DNA of 64,000 nt from an uncultured Acidimicrobiia bacterium. GTDB taxonomy: Bacteria; Actinomycetota; Acidimicrobiia; Spongiisociales; UBA11373. Under the pieces are notes generated by a model. It worked only from the letters and a program-made list of their open reading frames with translations. It did not search any database and was not told the origin of the DNA. Shown one piece after another: positions 27,543 to 39,698 of the stretch. Each line of letters opens with the position of its first letter. The first letter of the stretch is position 1. Both the position numbers and the translations under genes were made by a program. The DNA lies in contig CAZEHO010000003.1 of the NCBI GenBank assembly GCA_964511945.1, positions 62,431 to 126,430 of the forward strand, in the 5' to 3' direction.

Positions 27543-28325
27543 CTAAGCGGCCTCGGCGAGTTCGATCACGAAGAACGGAGCACCCTGGGCGTCGGCGCAC
27601 ACCGCCATCCGGCCGACCGGTGATTCGAAGGGCCCACTCTGCACGATTCCACCGGCATCCTTCACCGCCGCCACGGTGGTATCGCAGTCCTCGACGGTGA
27701 AGTAGATCCCCCAATGGGACGGGATCTCATCGGGAAGCTGCATCGCGTTGGCGTCGTAGACACCGCCGTTCGGGCGATCCCCGACCAGGAACGTCGTGTA
27801 CTCCTGCCCGTTCCCCATCTCCGAGACGTGGGTGTTCCATCCAAAGAGGCTGGTGTAGAACTCGACCGATCCGGCGTAGTCGCGGGTGGCGAGCTCGTTC
27901 CAGCACATGAACCCCGCCGTGTTGAACTCGTCGGCACCGGTGTGATCCTGCGGCTGCCACAAACCGACCATCGCGCCCTGCGGATCCTGGATGAATGCCA
28001 TCCTCCCCGAGGTGAAGATCTGCATCACCGGCATGATGATGGTGGCCCCGAGCTCCTCAGCTCGGCCGACGGTGGCGTCCACGTCGTCGACGTTGAGGTA
28101 CGACGACCACACCGGGGGCTGCCCGGCTTCGATCTGATCCGGGCTGAGACCGCCCATTCCGGCGACCAGCTTTCCGTCGCGACGGAACATCCAGTAGGGC
28201 ATGCTCTCATCGGGTGAGGCCTGAGTCGCCTCCCAGCCGAACACCGCCTGATAGAACGCGGCCCCGGCTCCGGGATCGGCCTGGGCGACATCAGCCCAGG
28301 TGAAGAGGCCATTCGGGTGCGACAT
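27543..28325 (-). CDS. VOC (glyoxalase/bleomycin-resistance/dioxygenase) family protein, two tandem VOC modules
   Basis: 260 aa, duplicated pattern (FYQAVFGWE... / FYTSLFGWN...). Confidence 0.7.
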   Translation of the reverse strand: MSHPNGLFTWADVAQADPGAGAAFYQAVFGWEATQASPDESMPYWMFRRDGKLVAGMGGLSPDQIEAGQPPVWSSYLNVDDVDATVGRAEELGATIIMPVMQIFTSGRMAFIQDPQGAMVGLWQPQDHTGADEFNTAGFMCWNELATRDYAGSVEFYTSLFGWNTHVSEMGNGQEYTTFLVGDRPNGGVYDANAMQLPDEIPSHWGIYFTVEDCDTTVAAVKDAGGIVQSGPFESPVGRMAVCADAQGAPFFVIELAEAA

Positions 28326-28411
28326 CTTTTCCCTCCCGGTTGTGGTCTTGCCGTTCGCAGGGCCGACCGCGGGCGACGGTAGCGATGGTGCGGGAGTTGT
28401 GCAGGAGGAGC

Positions 28412-28431
28412 GGCCGCCCTCCAGTGCGGCC
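28412..28431 (-). terminator. Possible hairpin terminator just after the sdhB stop
   Basis: GGCCGC-N8-GCGGCC inverted repeat directly 3' of the sdhB stop (28432-28434) on the minus strand. No U-tract. Confidence 0.3.
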
Positions 28432-29184
28432 CTAGGAGCCGCCGAAGAGGTCCTTGAGGGTCTGCACCGTGGTCTGGCGGCCCAACTGGCCGATCGCAGT
28501 GGTCAGCGGGATTTCCTTCGGGCAGGCGCGCACGCAGTTCTGCGCGTTGCCGCAATCGGAGATGCCCCCGTCGCCCATGATGGTGTGGAGGCGCTCCTCC
28601 TTGGAGTACCGGCCCGTGGGATGCCCGTTCATCAGCCGCACCTGACCGAGCGGTGCGGGTCCGATGAAGTCGAGATCGGGGCCGAACTGCGGACACGCAT
28701 CCATACAGCACCCGCAGGTCATGCAGCGGGACAGGATGTAGTTCATCTCCCACTCTTGCGGGGAGATGCGGGGAGAGCCGACGCCGACGTCCCAACTGCC
28801 GTCGATCGGAATCCAGGCCTTGACGGTGCGCAGGCTGTCGAACATCCGGGAGCGATCGACCATCAGGTCGCGCACCGTGGGGAACTTCGACATCGGCTCG
28901 AGCGTGATCGGCTTCTCGAGGTCGTCGACGAGCGCCGAGCAGGCCTGGCGGACCTTGCCGTTGATCCGCATCGTGCAGGCTCCACAGACCTCTTCAAGGC
29001 AGTTCGATTCCCACAGCACCGGGTCCACCCGGGTGCCGTCGGCCGTGACCGGGTGCTCCCTGATCGCCATGAGCGCAGAGACGACGTTGTGGCCCCGCTT
29101 GTCGGGGATCTCGAACTCGTGCCAGTACCCGTCCCCGTCGGGCCGGTCCCGGCGCCAGATCTTGAAGCGGATCGTGTCGGACAT
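28432..29184 (-). CDS. sdhB: Succinate dehydrogenase/fumarate reductase iron-sulfur subunit
   Basis: [2Fe-2S] C.EEVCGAC and [4Fe-4S]/[3Fe-4S] CMTCGCCMDACP / CGNAQNCVRACP motifs. Confidence 0.9.
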   Translation of the reverse strand: MSDTIRFKIWRRDRPDGDGYWHEFEIPDKRGHNVVSALMAIREHPVTADGTRVDPVLWESNCLEEVCGACTMRINGKVRQACSALVDDLEKPITLEPMSKFPTVRDLMVDRSRMFDSLRTVKAWIPIDGSWDVGVGSPRISPQEWEMNYILSRCMTCGCCMDACPQFGPDLDFIGPAPLGQVRLMNGHPTGRYSKEERLHTIMGDGGISDCGNAQNCVRACPKEIPLTTAIGQLGRQTTVQTLKDLFGGS

Positions 29185-31067
29185 CAGCGGTAATCCCGTG
29201 GGGTTTCAGGTGGCAGCACCGACGTATCGACCGGGCGGAAGTCGATCGACGGTCCGTCGTCGCTGTGGGTCGCCACGGTCGACTTGAGCCACCGGTCGTT
29301 GTTGGCCTTCCACCGGTCGACGTACTCGTCCCACTCGGGATCACCCGGGAACTTCCCCTCGGGGATCTCGAGCGCGAACTCGGGCTTGTAGTGGGAGCCA
29401 CGGCATTCGTCACGGGCCCTGGCTCCGGCGGCGATGGCCCTGCCGAGCACGATCATGTCGTGCACCTGCCGGGCGTACGGCAGCGACGCATTGGCCCAGT
29501 CGCTCTGCTCGGCGAGGTCGACCCGACCCGCCCGCTCCTGGAGTTCGGCAAGACCGGCGATCGCCTCGTCCAGAGTGGCGTTGTCGCGCTCGATCCCGAC
29601 CTTGGCGGTCATCAGCTCTCCGAGTTCCCGGTGCAGGGTGTAGGGGTTCTCGGTTCCACCGGACCCGGCGAACGAGCGATTGATTTCGTCCTGCCGCTGC
29701 TGTTCGTCGGCAACGGCCGCGTCCGGGACGGCGTCGACACCCCGCCCGAGGCCTTTCACGTAGTTGGCCGCTGCTTCCCCGGCGACGCGGCCACTGAACG
29801 AAGCGCTCAGCAACGAATTGGCACCGAGCCGGTTGGCTCCGTGATAGGCCCCGTCGCATTCCCCACAGGCGAACAGGCCCGGGATCGAGGTCTGGTGGTT
29901 CCGAGCGCTGCCCGGCTTCATGCCACCGCTCTCGGGGTCCTTTTCGAAGTCGACCCACAAGCCGCCCATCGAGTAGTGCACGGCGGGGAAGATCTCCATC
30001 GGCACCTCGGTCGGGTCATTGCCGGTGAAGGTGTGATAGATCTCCATGATCGCCCCGAGGCGATTGAGGATGAACTCCTTCGGCAGATGGGTCAGGTCGA
30101 GATAGACCCGGTCCTCACCGCGAATGCCGAGGCCGAGTTCCTTCACCGCCTTCCAGATCGCGCGAGAGGCGACATCGCGCGGCACGGTGTTCCCGAACGC
30201 CGGGTACCACTCCTCGAGGAAGTAGAACCGCTCGGTTTCGGGTATCTCGAGAGGATCGCGCGGGTCCCCGGCGGTGCGGGGCACCCAGACCCGGCCACCC
30301 TCACCGCGGGATGCCTCGCTCATCAGCCGGTTCTTGTCGTCACCCGGCACGCCCGTGGGGTGGAACTGGATGAACTCGCCGTTGATGAACTCCGCACCCT
30401 GCTGGTACACCCGGCTGGCGGCGGACCCCGTGGAGTTGGTCGAGTTCGTGGATCGGCCGAAGATCAGCCCGAGACCGCCGGTAGCCAGCACCACGGCCTC
30501 GGCCGGGAATGCCTGGACGCCCATGTCCCGGAGACTCATGGCGGTGACGCCGCGGCAGCGACCGTCGCCGTCGCGGATGATCGAGAGGAACTCCCACCAC
30601 TCCAGCTTCTCGACCAGTCCCTGATCCTCGTAGCGGCGAACCTGCTCGTCCACGCCGTAGAGCAGTTGCTGGCCGGTGCTAGCCCCGGCGAACACCGTCC
30701 GCTTGTTCTTGACCCCTCCGAAGAGCCGCAGATCCATCAACCCTTCAGAGGTGCGGGAGAAAGTGACCCCCATCCGCTCGAAGGAGCGAATCAGCCCGGG
30801 AGCCTCCTCGCACATGGTCTTGATAGGCGGCTGATCGGCGAGGTAAGCGCCGCCTTTGATCGTGTCGACGATGTGCTGCTGCACCGAGTCGCGCTGGCCC
30901 TTGGTGTCCATGGCGGCGTTGATCCCGCCTTGGGCGCAGGCCGAATGGGAACGCTTCACCTCGAACAGGGAGAACAGCTTGACCTTGAAGCCGGCCTCGA
31001 CGATCCGCAGCGTCGCCCAGAGGCCCCCGAGGCCTCCGCCGACAACGATGATGGTGGGCTGGTTCAT
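29184..31067 (-). CDS. sdhA: Succinate dehydrogenase flavoprotein subunit
   Basis: FAD fold IIVVGGGLGGL, RSHSACAQGGINAA (covalent FAD His region), HYSMGGLWVD. Confidence 0.9.
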   Translation of the reverse strand: MNQPTIIVVGGGLGGLWATLRIVEAGFKVKLFSLFEVKRSHSACAQGGINAAMDTKGQRDSVQQHIVDTIKGGAYLADQPPIKTMCEEAPGLIRSFERMGVTFSRTSEGLMDLRLFGGVKNKRTVFAGASTGQQLLYGVDEQVRRYEDQGLVEKLEWWEFLSIIRDGDGRCRGVTAMSLRDMGVQAFPAEAVVLATGGLGLIFGRSTNSTNSTGSAASRVYQQGAEFINGEFIQFHPTGVPGDDKNRLMSEASRGEGGRVWVPRTAGDPRDPLEIPETERFYFLEEWYPAFGNTVPRDVASRAIWKAVKELGLGIRGEDRVYLDLTHLPKEFILNRLGAIMEIYHTFTGNDPTEVPMEIFPAVHYSMGGLWVDFEKDPESGGMKPGSARNHQTSIPGLFACGECDGAYHGANRLGANSLLSASFSGRVAGEAAANYVKGLGRGVDAVPDAAVADEQQRQDEINRSFAGSGGTENPYTLHRELGELMTAKVGIERDNATLDEAIAGLAELQERAGRVDLAEQSDWANASLPYARQVHDMIVLGRAIAAGARARDECRGSHYKPEFALEIPEGKFPGDPEWDEYVDRWKANNDRWLKSTVATHSDDGPSIDFRPVDTSVLPPETPRDYR

Positions 31068-31077
31068 GGGTGCTCGC

Positions 31078-31725
31078 TCACAAGAAGAAGCCGATGACGC
31101 CGTGTATGCCCAGGGCGGTCAGCAGGACGAAGACGCCCGCCGAAATGCCCTGCATGATCTTCTGCGACCTGGCCGTGGTGGTGAGACCCCAGACGATGCT
31201 CATCGACCAGAGCCCGTTGCAGAAGTGGTAGATCGCCAGGATCAGCCCGGCGAAGTAGATGACCAGGTAGAGCGGATTGGAGAACAGGGACTCCATGTGA
31301 CCGAACATGTCGCCGGCGACCTCGTCATCCCAGATCGCCAGGATCCGGGTCCCACCGACGTGCACGATCAGGAACAGCAGGACCACAATCCCCGAGATCC
31401 GCTGCAGCCACCACATCCAATTGCGGAAGTACCCGTAGGTGGTGATGTTGGAGTTGCCCCGGAGCCAGATCACCACGCCGTAGATGCCATGGAGCAGGAT
31501 CGGAAGGCCGATGATGAAGATCTCGATGAGCACCACGTAGTTGATCTCGCGGATCTTCTCCACGATGTAGGTGTTGTAGTGCTCGGCCCCGAAGCGGGAC
31601 TGGCTGTTCTCCCAGAGGTGGAAGATGAGGAACGCGCCCACCGGGATGAGACCCAGGAGCGAGTGGATGCGCCTGGCCAGGTAGTGGCGGTTCTGAATCG
31701 ACGCCGTCGTCACTCGGTCCTCCAC
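31078..31725 (-). CDS. sdhC: Succinate dehydrogenase cytochrome b subunit (single 5-TM b558-type, B-type SQR)
   Basis: 215 aa, 5 TM, His-containing helices. Directly upstream of sdhA and sdhB on the same strand. Confidence 0.7.
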   Translation of the reverse strand: MEDRVTTASIQNRHYLARRIHSLLGLIPVGAFLIFHLWENSQSRFGAEHYNTYIVEKIREINYVVLIEIFIIGLPILLHGIYGVVIWLRGNSNITTYGYFRNWMWWLQRISGIVVLLFLIVHVGGTRILAIWDDEVAGDMFGHMESLFSNPLYLVIYFAGLILAIYHFCNGLWSMSIVWGLTTTARSQKIMQGISAGVFVLLTALGIHGVIGFFL

Positions 31726-31844
31726 CGCGTCGGCGGTGCCACCGAGCCTATGCGAAGCGACGCAAGGGGTTCACGGCCGTTCGGTCCCGGAGCCCCGGGC
31801 ACAAGGTCCTTTGGATGGGAACCAGGCATGTATCTGATGGAGGT

Positions 31845-31909
31845 GGGAACTGGAAAGGCGAATCGCAACGCAGGCCCGTCCAGTTCCCGATCCACAGCAC
31901 CCAGTTCCC
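31845..31909. promoter_or_regulatory. Operator-like inverted plus direct repeat in the sdhC / P-loop-gene divergent intergenic region
   Basis: GGGAACTGG (31845-53) and CCAGTTCCC (31880-88) form a 9-bp inverted repeat. A second CCAGTTCCC copy lies at 31901-09. Confidence 0.3.
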
Positions 31910-31947
31910 TTCTTCGCATCCGAGCGGGTACCGTGCATCCCAACCTC

Positions 31948-32574
31948 ATGAACGCCACCTCTGCAGCCAAGATCGCTTTCATCGGGTCCCATTCCGTCCG
32001 CAAGACGAACGCCGTTCACTCGTTCGCAGGCGCGGTCGGCCGGAGCGGCCGCAGTGTCGAGGTCGGTCGTGAAGTCGTCCGGTTCAACCCGCTCGGGCTC
32101 AACGAAGGAGCCACCCCGGAGGCTCAGCTCTGGGTGCTGACCGCCCAGATCCAGCAGGAGCTTGAGCTGCGGAACCGCGCCGAGGTGTTGGTCACAGACC
32201 GGGCCGTGATCGACAACTACGCGTACTACCTGCGGACCACCGGAGGGGACGATCCCTTCGATGCCGAGCCACTCATGCGTAGATGGTGTTCGACCTACGA
32301 TCTGTTCGTTCGCTTGCTCCCCGACGTCGACCTGCTCGCCGACGGAGTCCGCAGTACCAACGACGCCTTCCGCGACGAGATCGAAGCCATCCTGGACCGG
32401 ATCCTTCCCGAGTACATCCCGCCGGGGAAGATGATCAGCCTGCCGGCCTCCGAGGTCACCGAGAGCTTCGATTGGGCCGGATTGGTGGAGCGCCTGGTCG
32501 GTCCGCCCGATCCGGAGCGTCTCCGGCAGGGCCCGCCACGCTTTGTGCGGCTCACCCGCAGCATCCGCACCTGA
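31948..32574 (+). CDS. P-loop NTPase-like protein (degenerate Walker A GSHSVRKT)
   Basis: KIAFIGSHSVRKTN near the N-terminus; 208 aa; ATG 31948. Confidence 0.5.
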   Translation: MNATSAAKIAFIGSHSVRKTNAVHSFAGAVGRSGRSVEVGREVVRFNPLGLNEGATPEAQLWVLTAQIQQELELRNRAEVLVTDRAVIDNYAYYLRTTGGDDPFDAEPLMRRWCSTYDLFVRLLPDVDLLADGVRSTNDAFRDEIEAILDRILPEYIPPGKMISLPASEVTESFDWAGLVERLVGPPDPERLRQGPPRFVRLTRSIRT

Positions 32575-32696
32575 GCAGTTTGGCGGGTTCAATCTCCCCG
32601 GATCAGCCAGAAAACCTGAGTCGCTTAGTATCAAGTTGGAAATAGGATGGGGGCTTAGACCGTTGCAGCGGTTCCAGAGCCAGGAGCACCCATCAC

Positions 32697-34994
<2,298 letters not shown>

Positions 34995-35001
34995 GTAACT
35001 C

Positions 35002-35060
35002 TCCCCCGGCGAAGCCGGGGGAGATGTCGCCGAAGGCGCCAGAGGGGGCAGCCTCCCCCC
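35002..35060. terminator. GC-rich hairpin terminator(s) between the convergent lon gene and the 35181-36896 gene
   Basis: CTCCCCCGG-cgaag-CCGGGGGAG, a perfect 9-bp stem 8 nt after the lon stop. A second GGGGG/CCCCC hairpin follows at about 35044-35060. Confidence 0.6.
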
Positions 35061-35180
35061 GGCGCAGTCTCCCGCTGCTCATTCCCGCACACCGTCACCC
35101 TGCGGGTTGACGACACCAGCGGCAACCGCGCCGAGGACTCGATCACCGTGACCGTTGACCGATCGTGCTGATCGAGGCGC

Positions 35181-36896
35181 TTAGGGAATCCGAAGGCAGA
35201 GTCCGGTCACACTGACCGGAATCGCGACGTCACCGTCGGTTGCCCAGTCCTGATTGCGTGCCTCGACGACCCATCGAATCGCGCCTCCGGATTCGACCGG
35301 ATACGAAGCCTCGAAATGGCCATCTGGACTGGCGAATCCGGCCCCCACGAGTCGTGAACCCGCCGGACAGGCCAGCCCAAGGTCGCCCGGTCCTACTTCG
35401 CCATCGGCAACCGAACCGGTGCGGGTCACCTCGATCACCTCCGCATTCAGGGTTCGGAGGCAATGAACGGTGACGAAGACGCGCGCCGGATCGTCGAGAG
35501 GATTGAACGCCGACACCCGCCAGCCGTTCTCATCCGGGGCACTGACGAGCACCTGGACGCCGGCCCTCGTGACAAATCCGCCACCGGTGACCGTCGCCGA
35601 GGCGCAATCCAGGACCTCCGAATCGAACCGGTTCGGACCGAGATCAAAGCCGATATCAGAGATCCAGGCGGCAACGGTCTCCCCTTCGATGCAGACCACG
35701 TACGCCTGCACCATCAGATCGCGCTCGGGCGGTGCTGTGACCTCAGCCGACCAGGAACCGGTCAGTCCGGTGCTCTCGCTGATCCACCCGGGGAGTGGCA
35801 GAGCGAACGCGTCCGGCCACACCCGGTGGCCACCGCTCAGCGCCGCCCACCCGGCAGGGCACGATGCGGTGGCGGTCCGCGCACCGCCACCGGACACCGT
35901 GACCCGGGGTCCGGCCACCACCATGATCTCCGGACACGGCTCGGTGTCGAAGCTCACCGATTCGCGATGCACTTCCACGCCGTCGCCGATGAAGGAGGCC
36001 AGGGTGAAGCCGACGGTGGTGCCGCAGTAGGCCTCTACCCAGAAGGTGCCGGCGCCCGGTGGATCCAGCCATCCGATGTCCTCGCCGACCATCTCACCCG
36101 CCGTGGAGACCTGATACTGCACCGCGAAGGACCCGTTCCGCTCCCAGAGAAACTCGACGCCGGCCCCTTCCGCCCGGGCACGGAGGTCGTGAGGCGGGCA
36201 GCCGATCAGCATCACTCCGGCGTACTCGATCTCCCTCAGAACGCCGCCATCGGCACCGATTGCCTGGAGGGCGTAGCCGAGCATCGGCGGCTCGTCGCAG
36301 GAGAACCCGTACTCATGCCGCGTGGTGTCTGCAGGAAGATCGATCACGATTGCACCCCTGCCCAGAGACAACCGGTAGGCACTCTCACCCGCGGCGTCGT
36401 TCCACAACAGCTCGATCGTCTGCATCATGCCGAGTTCGCTGGACCCGACCCTGAAGGACGGATCGGGCCAGGCGAAGACGAACTCGGCGGTCTCGACATC
36501 CCCCTCGCCACCCTCGGGATCGGCCTCCGGTGGATCGAGGCCACCACCCTCAGGATCTACAGTGGTGTCCGGTGCGGTGACATCGGGGGTTCCCGGATCC
36601 TCCTCTGTTGATGGTGGAGTCGTCCCCCCGGTCACCACCGGGGCAGTCGCCGGGGGCTCCGCCGCGGTGGGATCACCGGTGTCGAATGCAGCGGTCTCGG
36701 AGGTCGAGGTGACCTGGTCTGTCGCTGCCGACGGGTCGGGTTCATCGCCTCCCGTTGTCAGCACCACGATGAGGACGACGACCGCGATGCCAAGCATCAC
36801 AACGGTGGCAGCGATCCAGCCGACCGGAAGACCCGGCTCGGGAGGGGCCGGCGGTGGCCCGGCGTCGGATGGTGGCGGCTCGAACGGGTCAACCAT
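35181..36896 (-). CDS. Hypothetical single-pass membrane-anchored extracellular protein (Cys-containing beta-rich domain)
   Basis: 571 aa. N-terminal TM (WIAATVVMLGIAVVVLIVVL), a Pro/Thr/Glu/Asp-rich linker, and multiple paired Cys. Confidence 0.55.
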   Translation of the reverse strand: MVDPFEPPPSDAGPPPAPPEPGLPVGWIAATVVMLGIAVVVLIVVLTTGGDEPDPSAATDQVTSTSETAAFDTGDPTAAEPPATAPVVTGGTTPPSTEEDPGTPDVTAPDTTVDPEGGGLDPPEADPEGGEGDVETAEFVFAWPDPSFRVGSSELGMMQTIELLWNDAAGESAYRLSLGRGAIVIDLPADTTRHEYGFSCDEPPMLGYALQAIGADGGVLREIEYAGVMLIGCPPHDLRARAEGAGVEFLWERNGSFAVQYQVSTAGEMVGEDIGWLDPPGAGTFWVEAYCGTTVGFTLASFIGDGVEVHRESVSFDTEPCPEIMVVAGPRVTVSGGGARTATASCPAGWAALSGGHRVWPDAFALPLPGWISESTGLTGSWSAEVTAPPERDLMVQAYVVCIEGETVAAWISDIGFDLGPNRFDSEVLDCASATVTGGGFVTRAGVQVLVSAPDENGWRVSAFNPLDDPARVFVTVHCLRTLNAEVIEVTRTGSVADGEVGPGDLGLACPAGSRLVGAGFASPDGHFEASYPVESGGAIRWVVEARNQDWATDGDVAIPVSVTGLCLRIP

Positions 36897-36971
36897 GAAT
36901 CCGGTCTCCTTGGCCCCACAGCATGCAACCGAAGGCTGCCCTGCTTCCAGGGCCGAACGTCCCCACCCGGG

Positions 36972-37736
36972 CTATTCCGCCGTCCAGCCTCCATCGACGG
37001 CGAATGCGGCGCCGGTGATGAAGCTCGCCGCGTCGGAAGCCAGCAGCACCACGATTGGCCCGAGTTCGGCAGGATCACCAAAGCGGCCCAGCGGGATCGT
37101 CCCGACGAACCGATCGTGAGCCGCAGGATCGGCGATGAGTGAGGCGTTCATGTCGGTCCGGAACGGTCCCGGGAGCACCGCGTTCACGTTGATCCCGTAT
37201 GGTGCCCATTCGAGGGCCAGCGTCTTGGTCAGCGCCAGCACAGCTCCTTTCGACGCCGTGTACGGTGTTCGCTCGGCCATGCCGACTGTCGACAGCATCG
37301 AGGCGACGTTGATCACCCGGCCACTTCCCTGCTCCAGCATGTGCCGGCCGACTTCACGGCACATGAGCCAGGTGCCGGTCGTATTGACCCGCTGCACCTC
37401 CTCGAACTCGGCCAGTTCCAGCGAGGTGATCGGTCCGCGGTAATTGATCCCCGCGGAGTTCACGAGGATGTCGACCCGCCCGAATTCCGAGACCACCGCC
37501 TCGACCAGCGCCGACACCGCCCATTCCTCCGCCACGTCGCACTCGAACCCGACGCCACGGTTCGGGAGTTCGGCTGCGGTCTGCTCTGCTGAGGATTGGG
37601 CCCGGCCCACCACCGCAACGGTCGCTCCTGCCGCCGAGAGATACTCGGCTGCGGATCTGCCCAGCCCGCGGGTGCTTCCGGTCACGATCGCCACGCGACC
37701 GGACAGGTCGAACGACCGCTCGATCAGTTCGTGCAT
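36972..37736 (-). CDS. SDR-family oxidoreductase (3-oxoacyl-ACP reductase-like)
   Basis: TGSTRGLG cofactor motif; NSAG; YTASK catalytic motif. Confidence 0.85.
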   Translation of the reverse strand: MHELIERSFDLSGRVAIVTGSTRGLGRSAAEYLSAAGATVAVVGRAQSSAEQTAAELPNRGVGFECDVAEEWAVSALVEAVVSEFGRVDILVNSAGINYRGPITSLELAEFEEVQRVNTTGTWLMCREVGRHMLEQGSGRVINVASMLSTVGMAERTPYTASKGAVLALTKTLALEWAPYGINVNAVLPGPFRTDMNASLIADPAAHDRFVGTIPLGRFGDPAELGPIVVLLASDAASFITGAAFAVDGGWTAE

Positions 37737-37765
37737 TCCACCTCCTCGCCGGCAGTGTTGCAGGC

Positions 37766-38860
37766 TCAGACCGCGATCCCAGCGATCAGTGTGCGGTGGA
37801 TCCGATACTCCCGATCGACGATCACGACATCGGCAGGTGTTCCCGGCCGCAGCGTGCCAAGTTCCGGGCGGCCGATGAGACGGGCAGGCGTCGCCGTCGC
37901 CGCAGTGACCGCATCCTCCTCGGCGATGCCGGCATCGATGAGATTCCGAACCGCCCGGTCCATCGTGAGCACACTGCCGGCCAGCGTGCCGTCCGCAAGA
38001 CGAGCGGTCCCGTTGCGCACCGCCACTTCCCGCCCACCGAGGCTGTAGACCCCGCCGTGCATCGCTGCACCGGCGATGGCGTCGGTCACGATGGCGTATC
38101 GCCCGGTGGCCGCCCGGGCGACCGTACGAACGGTCTCGACCGCGAGATGGTCGCCGTCGGGAATGATCATCACGGTCACGTCGTCGCGGGCTAGAGCCAC
38201 ACCGGCGAGGCCCGGGTCGCGGTGACTGAAGGGGCGCATCGCATTGAACAGATGGGTGACGGCCGTCGCGCCCGCATCGAAGGCGTCATCGGCGGTCTCG
38301 GTACCGGCGTCGGTGTGACCGCACGACACGACCACATCGCGGTCACGCAACAGCGGGACCAGGTCGAGCGCACCCGGCAGTTCCGGCGCCAGCGTCAACA
38401 GTGAGACCGGCCCGGCGGCGAGTAGGCGCTCGAGAAGCGCAGCATCGGGCAACTGCAGGTGGTCGGAGTCGTGGGACCCGGGACGCAACGGCGACAGGAA
38501 CGGGCCCTCGAGGTGCGCACCGAGGATCCTGACACCCCGGGTGGCGGTGGTCGCAGCCGCAATCTGCTCCAGCGCGCGGGTCAAAGCCGCCTCGGGCAGG
38601 GTGATCAGCGTCGGCTGGTAGGCAGTGACCCCGGTCGCGGCGAGGGCACTCCCCACCGCGTCGTAATCGGCCGAATCGGCATCGGTGAAGTCGACCCCGG
38701 CAAAGCCGTTGACCTGGAGGTCGACAAATCCCGGCAGGGCGATCCGGGTACCGACCCCCGGGGCAAGGCCGACCGCACCGATCTCACCGTCGGTGATCTC
38801 GACGTCACCGTCGACGAATGCTCCGTCGACGAACGCTGCACGTACCCCAAGCCGCACCAT
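37766..38860 (-). CDS. nagA: N-acetylglucosamine-6-phosphate deacetylase
   Basis: PGFVDLQVNGFAGVDF, HLEGPF, HLFNAM. Amidohydrolase fold. Confidence 0.8.
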   Translation of the reverse strand: MVRLGVRAAFVDGAFVDGDVEITDGEIGAVGLAPGVGTRIALPGFVDLQVNGFAGVDFTDADSADYDAVGSALAATGVTAYQPTLITLPEAALTRALEQIAAATTATRGVRILGAHLEGPFLSPLRPGSHDSDHLQLPDAALLERLLAAGPVSLLTLAPELPGALDLVPLLRDRDVVVSCGHTDAGTETADDAFDAGATAVTHLFNAMRPFSHRDPGLAGVALARDDVTVMIIPDGDHLAVETVRTVARAATGRYAIVTDAIAGAAMHGGVYSLGGREVAVRNGTARLADGTLAGSVLTMDRAVRNLIDAGIAEEDAVTAATATPARLIGRPELGTLRPGTPADVVIVDREYRIHRTLIAGIAV

Positions 38861-38916
38861 TCCCCCCGACCGATGCGATCAGGATCATGGCAGGTTCGGG
38901 TGAACTGGTCGTGACG

Positions 38917-39633
38917 TCAGGCGTTCAGCTCCGCGAACAACTCGGCGGAGGTGATTTCCCCGGTGCGCCGGGTGATCGGATTCTGCAGCGAGCCGTCCGG
39001 GTTGATGGCAACCATCACCGGCCCATCCTCAACGACCAGCCCGGTGCCGGTGTACGTCGTTCCCTCCACCGTGATCGAGATTTCGCTCTCGGTCACTTCG
39101 ATGGTCGGGATCCACGCCGTCATCGGCGGGAAGTCCTCCGGCGTCTCGGATTCCTCGAATCCAAACCCATCGGGTGTTTGGTAGAGGCACTGCGTGAGGC
39201 CGACCCCGTCCGCCTCAAAGCTGCTGCAGCTGACGAACACGCCCTCGGGCGTTCCGAACAGCTGAGCGGTGGGATCTCCGTGCTCGACCATGTCGAACGT
39301 GAAGCCAACATGCCCGTCCCGGGTGGTGGTCAGCGAAACACCGTCCAGTTCCAGGACTGTCTCCAGCGGATCGGTCGATTCGACCGACGACGGCGCCAGG
39401 TCGATCGGGGTGGAACTCGATGGGGGCATCGTGGTGGTCGTTGTCGACGTCGAGGTGGTCGTCGACGTGGTAGTCGTTGTCGACGTCGAGGTGGTCGTCG
39501 ATGTCGTCGAAGTGGTAGATGAGGTGGTCGACGAGGTCGCACTCGACAACGGTGTGGTCGAACCGGTGTCGTCGTCGCCGCACGCCGCGGCCACCATCGC
39601 CAGGACGAACAGGATTGCCAGCACCCGCTTCAT
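38917..39633 (-). CDS. Lipoprotein with a poly-Thr/Ser linker, unknown function
   Basis: RBS GGAGGGGCT before ATG 39633. Signal and lipobox (MVAAACG). Roughly 50-aa S/T run. Confidence 0.65.
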   Translation of the reverse strand: MKRVLAILFVLAMVAAACGDDDTGSTTPLSSATSSTTSSTTSTTSTTTSTSTTTTTSTTTSTSTTTTTMPPSSSTPIDLAPSSVESTDPLETVLELDGVSLTTTRDGHVGFTFDMVEHGDPTAQLFGTPEGVFVSCSSFEADGVGLTQCLYQTPDGFGFEESETPEDFPPMTAWIPTIEVTESEISITVEGTTYTGTGLVVEDGPVMVAINPDGSLQNPITRRTGEITSAELFAELNA

Positions 39634-39698
39634 AGCCCCTCCAGATGTGTCGCGCACGGCACCATAGCCGTAGCCCCGGGCTTGTTGAGGAGCGCGCC

